From: Neocallimastix sp. 'constans'
Taxonomy: Eukaryota
Assembly (NCBI GenBank): GCA_050613775.1
Contig: JBODTK010000148.1
Coordinates: 310,001-374,000, forward strand
DNA length: 64,000 nt
Direction of reading: 5' to 3'
In this document: positions 59,566 through 64,000 of the stretch, piece after piece
Numbering within the stretch: position 1 is the stretch's first letter
Layout of the letters: each line of letters starts with the position of its first letter
The notes under the pieces: model-generated
What the model saw: the letters and a program-made list of their open reading frames with translations, nothing else
Database searches by the model: none
Told to the model about the DNA's origin: nothing
Made by a program: the position numbers and the translations under genes

Positions 59566-60563
59566 TTCTCATTTAGTCAAAAATATACCTACACTTTCTC
59601 ACTATTCATGGACGAAAAAAGCACGGAGTTTAGCAGTACACAAGCACAATAATAAACTTCCTGGAGAAATAAGGAAGTTTTACTGGGAAAATATTCATTA
59701 TTCAAGCACTCCTGCGATCAGATCTACAAAATACAAGAAATTTAAATTTGGTTTTAAAAAGTTTATTCAACGTCTATCACTTAAATATTCACAATTTTCT
59801 CTTGAATTTTTTTGGATTGAACGAATTAAATGTGGATTCAAATTTGATGTAAAAACGTATGTTAAAAGTAATCTAGTATCAGAAAATTGCCCAACATACA
59901 GCCCTTGTTGTGGTGAGAGTAACAGCATACCTAGTTTTACACACTGGATACTTTTATGTCCTAAATTTGAAGAATTTAGGCAACATTCCATTCCCTTTGT
60001 TGATGAAATTTTTATTAATTTTTCTCTAATTGTTCATGAGAAATCATTGAACATTACTGATGATAAAGAGGAAGATTTTGATGATAATATCAATTTTTAC
60101 GTGCTGTGTCTCCTTCTTGGCGGAAATGCAGTATTTGAAATCTTAAAGATCGGCTCGGGTGAAAGAAAGCGATTTATTAATAATATTTTTCAATCACCTT
60201 CGAACGAGTCTTCTTTCCCGATTTCATATTTTGTGGGGCTTGCGGAATTCCTTACTAACGTTATGCCTATTGTGATTGGTGATTTTTACACCATGATCGA
60301 TTTGTATAGTGTTAGACCTACCGTTGTCAAGAGCGTCGACGTCGTAACGATAAGGCAAAGAAGAAATTCTGATGCAGATTCGAATGATAATTTTCATACT
60401 CATGGAATTATCTTCGATGAATGGGAAGAGTTAGAGGCCATTTCGTCCTCGAATCTCATAACGTAGTTTTTTAATATTAATATATAAAAAAAAAAAAATT
60501 TCATGTATTTAAACTTCATGTATTTTTTAAAAAAAAATATTATTAAATAAAGTTTATTCCTAG

Positions 60564-60602
<39 letters not shown>
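59566..60602 (+). mobile_element. Second 5'-truncated LINE (diverged family member), degenerate, with poly(A) tail
   Basis: LVKNIPTLSHYSWTKK, CPTYSPCC..HWILLC, LLLGG, FVGLAEFLT, KSVDVV all match the preceding copy. Tail at 60567-60602. Confidence 0.9.
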
Positions 60603-60604
<2 letters not shown>

Positions 60605-61880
60605 TATATTCTATTTCAAAAGATTTACATATTCCTCCATTGTCAGCTAAGTGTGCTTTGTCTCAAGTCAAATGTTTTGATAAATGGAAAGATTCAAATT
60701 GTATTATTTCCTATTTAGTTAATAATATTCCAAAATCTAGAAAATATACATGGACAAAAGAAAGTAGAACTCTTAAACGTAAACTAGAGAAAAGAGGTAA
60801 TAACGATAATAAAATCAAGGATTTTTATTGGAAAAGAGATATGAAAATCAGTTCTATTAAAGCTGAGTTTTATGACAAAAACAAATTCGAAGAAACATCA
60901 AAATTTATAAAACTTTGTTATGAATATCCTGATCTTTCATATGGTTTCTTTTGGCTATTGAGAGCACGAAGCGGATATAGATTAGATGCTAGAATTGCTA
61001 AAGCTGCAAAAATAATAGATCAAATGTGTCCTAATTTTTGTCCCTGTTGTAAAAGTAATAAACAATGGATAAGTCATTGGTTAATCGATTGTCCTTTTTT
61101 CAATCATATTCGTAGTAAAGTTAATGATAAAATTTTATTTTTATATAATGCTTTTAACCGTGGCAACCTAACAAATGATACAGCTAATAGTAATAATGAT
61201 AATAGTAATAGTAATAATAGTAATAGTAATAATATTAATAGTAATAATAGTTATAGTATTGCTAGTAATAGTATTTTTAGTAATGTTAGTAATAGTATTG
61301 AAAATAATGTGTATATTGATTCTAGTGTGTGTGAAAAAGTGTTTAATTTCCTTCTTGGAGGTCGAAGTATTAATAACAGTACAAAGGAATGGGAGGATCT
61401 ATTTAAGTGCCAGATGAAATCAGGTGCTTATTCTGATACTCCGTTCTTAGTAGTTACTGCGGCACTTCTCCAATCGATTATACCTATTGCTATTGGCCAG
61501 CAATAGTCTTTGTTCAATAGGTTCAAATCGAGTCATACTACTACTACCAAGAGCGTCAATGCTGAAGAAACAGTAAGGCAGGCCAGCAGGGCTAGCGCAA
61601 CTAATGAAGATCATAATTTTGTATCTTAAAATTATGATTAACATTGCGAAGTCAAAATTAATTATTATACTTCAGTATAATAATGCCCTTGTGAAGTCTT
61701 ACAAATATTAATTAAATGAAACTAGAATATATTATACCATTATTTTATTTTATTTTGTGTTTTATTTTTTGTTTATTTTTTTATCCTTTTTTTTTTATTA
61801 TTTTATTACATGCATTTTATCGGATATTTAATTAATAAAGATGAAACAAGTTTGCTGCCGTTAAAAAAGAAAAAAAAAAA
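60603..61880 (+). mobile_element. Third 5'-truncated LINE (more divergent), premature TAG at 61504-61506, A-rich tail
   Basis: YSISKDLHIPP, KYTWTKESRTL, CPNFCPCC..SHWLIDC, FLLGG. The frame continues past the stop with TKSVNA. AATAAA and A-rich tail at 61863-61880. Confidence 0.9.
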
Positions 61881-61934
61881 TTCTTTTTTTTTTTTTTTTT
61901 TTTTTTTCTCATCTTGGATTTTATCTTTTTAGTG

Positions 61935-62142
61935 TTTTTAGATACTTTAATGAAATTTTTAAACCCATCTGTATTTGCTTGCAAGAGGTCGGTAATAGCC
62001 AATACCTTAATGTACATTCAAATAATTACCCATTTCTTTGTCACTATAATACAATTTTACGAAAAGCTGATCCAAATATACCCGGTATGAGAGGTCTTAG
62101 TATAAGTGTACATCGTTCTTGTTCATTTTCTCATGATCCCTT
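61935..62142 (+). pseudogene. LINE apurinic-endonuclease N-terminal fragment
   Basis: RYFNEIFKPICICLQEVG...PGMRGL carries the APE 'LQE' motif and matches FKPLFIC at the window end. Confidence 0.7.
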
Positions 62143-63076
62143 TGGAAAAGGAATAATCTATATCAGGCGTACTAATTACAGCTTTCTATGATTCTGATGA
62201 TAATCGATGGTTATCCTTTCTAAAGTGTCTTCTAGTACGAAGAGAGAAAACTGGAATGCTGGAAGATTGTAGAAAGTGAACTTGATGTTTTATATTGTTT
62301 TAAACTGGATCTGTTGTAACATTGGAGTTGTATAATTAATAATATCATGTAGTTTCTACATATTATCATTGTAATGAATCTATTGTATTTTTTACTTTAG
62401 CATTATTTTGTATATGTATTTTTTTATAGCATTATTTATACTTTCATATAGCTATTGTAAAATGGAAATGTAGGAGATTGATTCACTCCAAAGCTTGTGT
62501 TTAAGATATTATTTAATTGATAGGAATATTTTTATAGTCTTTCTCTACTAATATTTTTTCTTTTTAAATATACTTTTAGCTAATTTATGATTATTCAACA
62601 GAAAATTTTTAACATCTTAAAGCCCCCAATGATGTGGACTGTTTTTCCAGGTCCATGGAAGGTTGATGGAAAAGGAATAATCTATATCAGGTGTACTAAT
62701 TACAGCTTTCTGTGATTCTGATGATAATCGATGGTTATCCTTTCTAAAGTGGCTTCTAGTACGAAGAGAGAAAATTAGAATACTGGAAGACTGTAGAAAG
62801 TGAACTTGATGTTTTATATTGTTTTAAACTGGATATGTAGTGACATTGGAATTGTATAATTAATAATATCATGTAGTTTCTACATATTATCATTGTAATG
62901 AATCTATTGTATTTTTTACTTTAGCATTATTTTGTATATGTATTTTTCTATAGTATTATTTATACTTTCATATAGCTATTGTAAAATGGAAATGTAGGAG
63001 ATTGATTCACTCCAAAGCTTGTGTTTAAGACATTATTTAATTGATAGGAATATTTTTATAGTCTTTCACCACTAAC
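62143..63076. repeat. Two ~400-410-bp near-identical direct repeats (62143-~62552 and 62667-~63076) with a short spacer; LTR/TRIM-like
   Basis: tggaaaaggaataatctatatcagg...atagtctttc repeated at a 524-bp offset with scattered substitutions. Confidence 0.85.
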
Positions 63077-63422
63077 AAATCGAATAGAATTTCAGAAACT
63101 CAAAAGTTAACAGAAAATACATAATAGAAAAAAAAAAAAAAAAAAAAGAGTTTATTCATTACTTAAATAACAGGAAAAAAGATATTATTCATTACTACAA
63201 AATTCTTTAGTTGTTCATTTTATTTAAACTTAATCAATTACTCCACGAAGATAGGATCTTCATATTTTTATTATTATTTTATTATTTTTTTTTTATTTAT
63301 ATTTTTTTTTTAATTATATTTATTTATTTATATATATATATATTTTTATCTATATTTCTTAGTTTTTAGTATTTTAGTCTTCATTGTTTCATTTTTTTAA
63401 ATTGTAGTTTTTTTAGTTCATT

Positions 63423-64000
63423 ATGGAAAAGATATTTCACCGGGGTTCTCGCTGCTATGGAACATCTATTGACAACACAGGATTGATTTTTATTCGTGGT
63501 ATACACTCATGGACTAATGCTAAAATGAAGGAATTTATTCATTCTAAATTCAAAAAATTCAATGTTAATATTTTGTCAGTAAAAAGAATTACCAATTTCA
63601 ATTATAGCTTCTTCAGGATAAAAGTATACACTCCAAATTTCAACCTCAAAAAATTTAAAAAAGTATTTAAAAAGGCACTATCAGGAGTTAAAATTTCATA
63701 TAGTAGATGTTCCAAATGGAATCATAAGGTTTCTTTTCGGCATTTAAAACAAAATTTAATATCTATTAACACATCCAATGATATTAACACAGTAAACCTC
63801 AGTTCAACAAATTTAGTAAATGTTATTAATGGCAATCATGAACTAATTGCTCCCAATATTCCTAATCTTAATTCTCAAAATCCATTTTCACAGGAAAGTT
63901 TTCTTTTTGTCTTAATTGGAATACCAACCGATGGAATTTTGTGAAAAGAGATAGTATTGAGTATACTTCGACACAATATTTAAACCATTATTTATATGTT
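63423..64000 (+). mobile_element. 5' coding end of a LINE: basic, possibly RRM-like N-terminal region running into a frameshifted APE domain
   Basis: ORF MEKIFHRG..LIFIRGI..FFRIKV. In shifted frames, LNWNTNRWN..KRDSIEY and FKPLFIC correspond to the start of the APE domain. Confidence 0.7.

Overview
Extremely AT-rich, intron-containing eukaryotic DNA with abundant (AAT)n, poly-A/T and (TTTATTA)n tracts. Composition and gene content suggest an anaerobic gut fungus (Neocallimastigomycota); this is an inference, not shown. Four host genes can be reconstructed by hand: (1) a 5-exon NAD-dependent glycerol-3-phosphate dehydrogenase; (2) a 15-exon, ~1386-aa type-I membrane protein whose C-terminal region carries the motifs of CatSper flagellar Ca2+-channel auxiliary subunits (beta/gamma family), which is the standout finding; (3-4) two secreted, probably GPI-anchored Cys-containing surface proteins. 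The rest is repeat-rich: four Ty1/Copia elements or remnants (one with a PBS complementary to the tRNA-Lys(CUU) anticodon arm, implying half-tRNA priming), a foldback/Mutator-type MITE with a 9-bp TSD, several 5'-truncated APE-type LINE fragments (three in a head-to-tail array), a perfect 87-bp inverted repeat, smaller hairpins and tandem duplications. Most short ORFs in the track are microsatellite artefacts.
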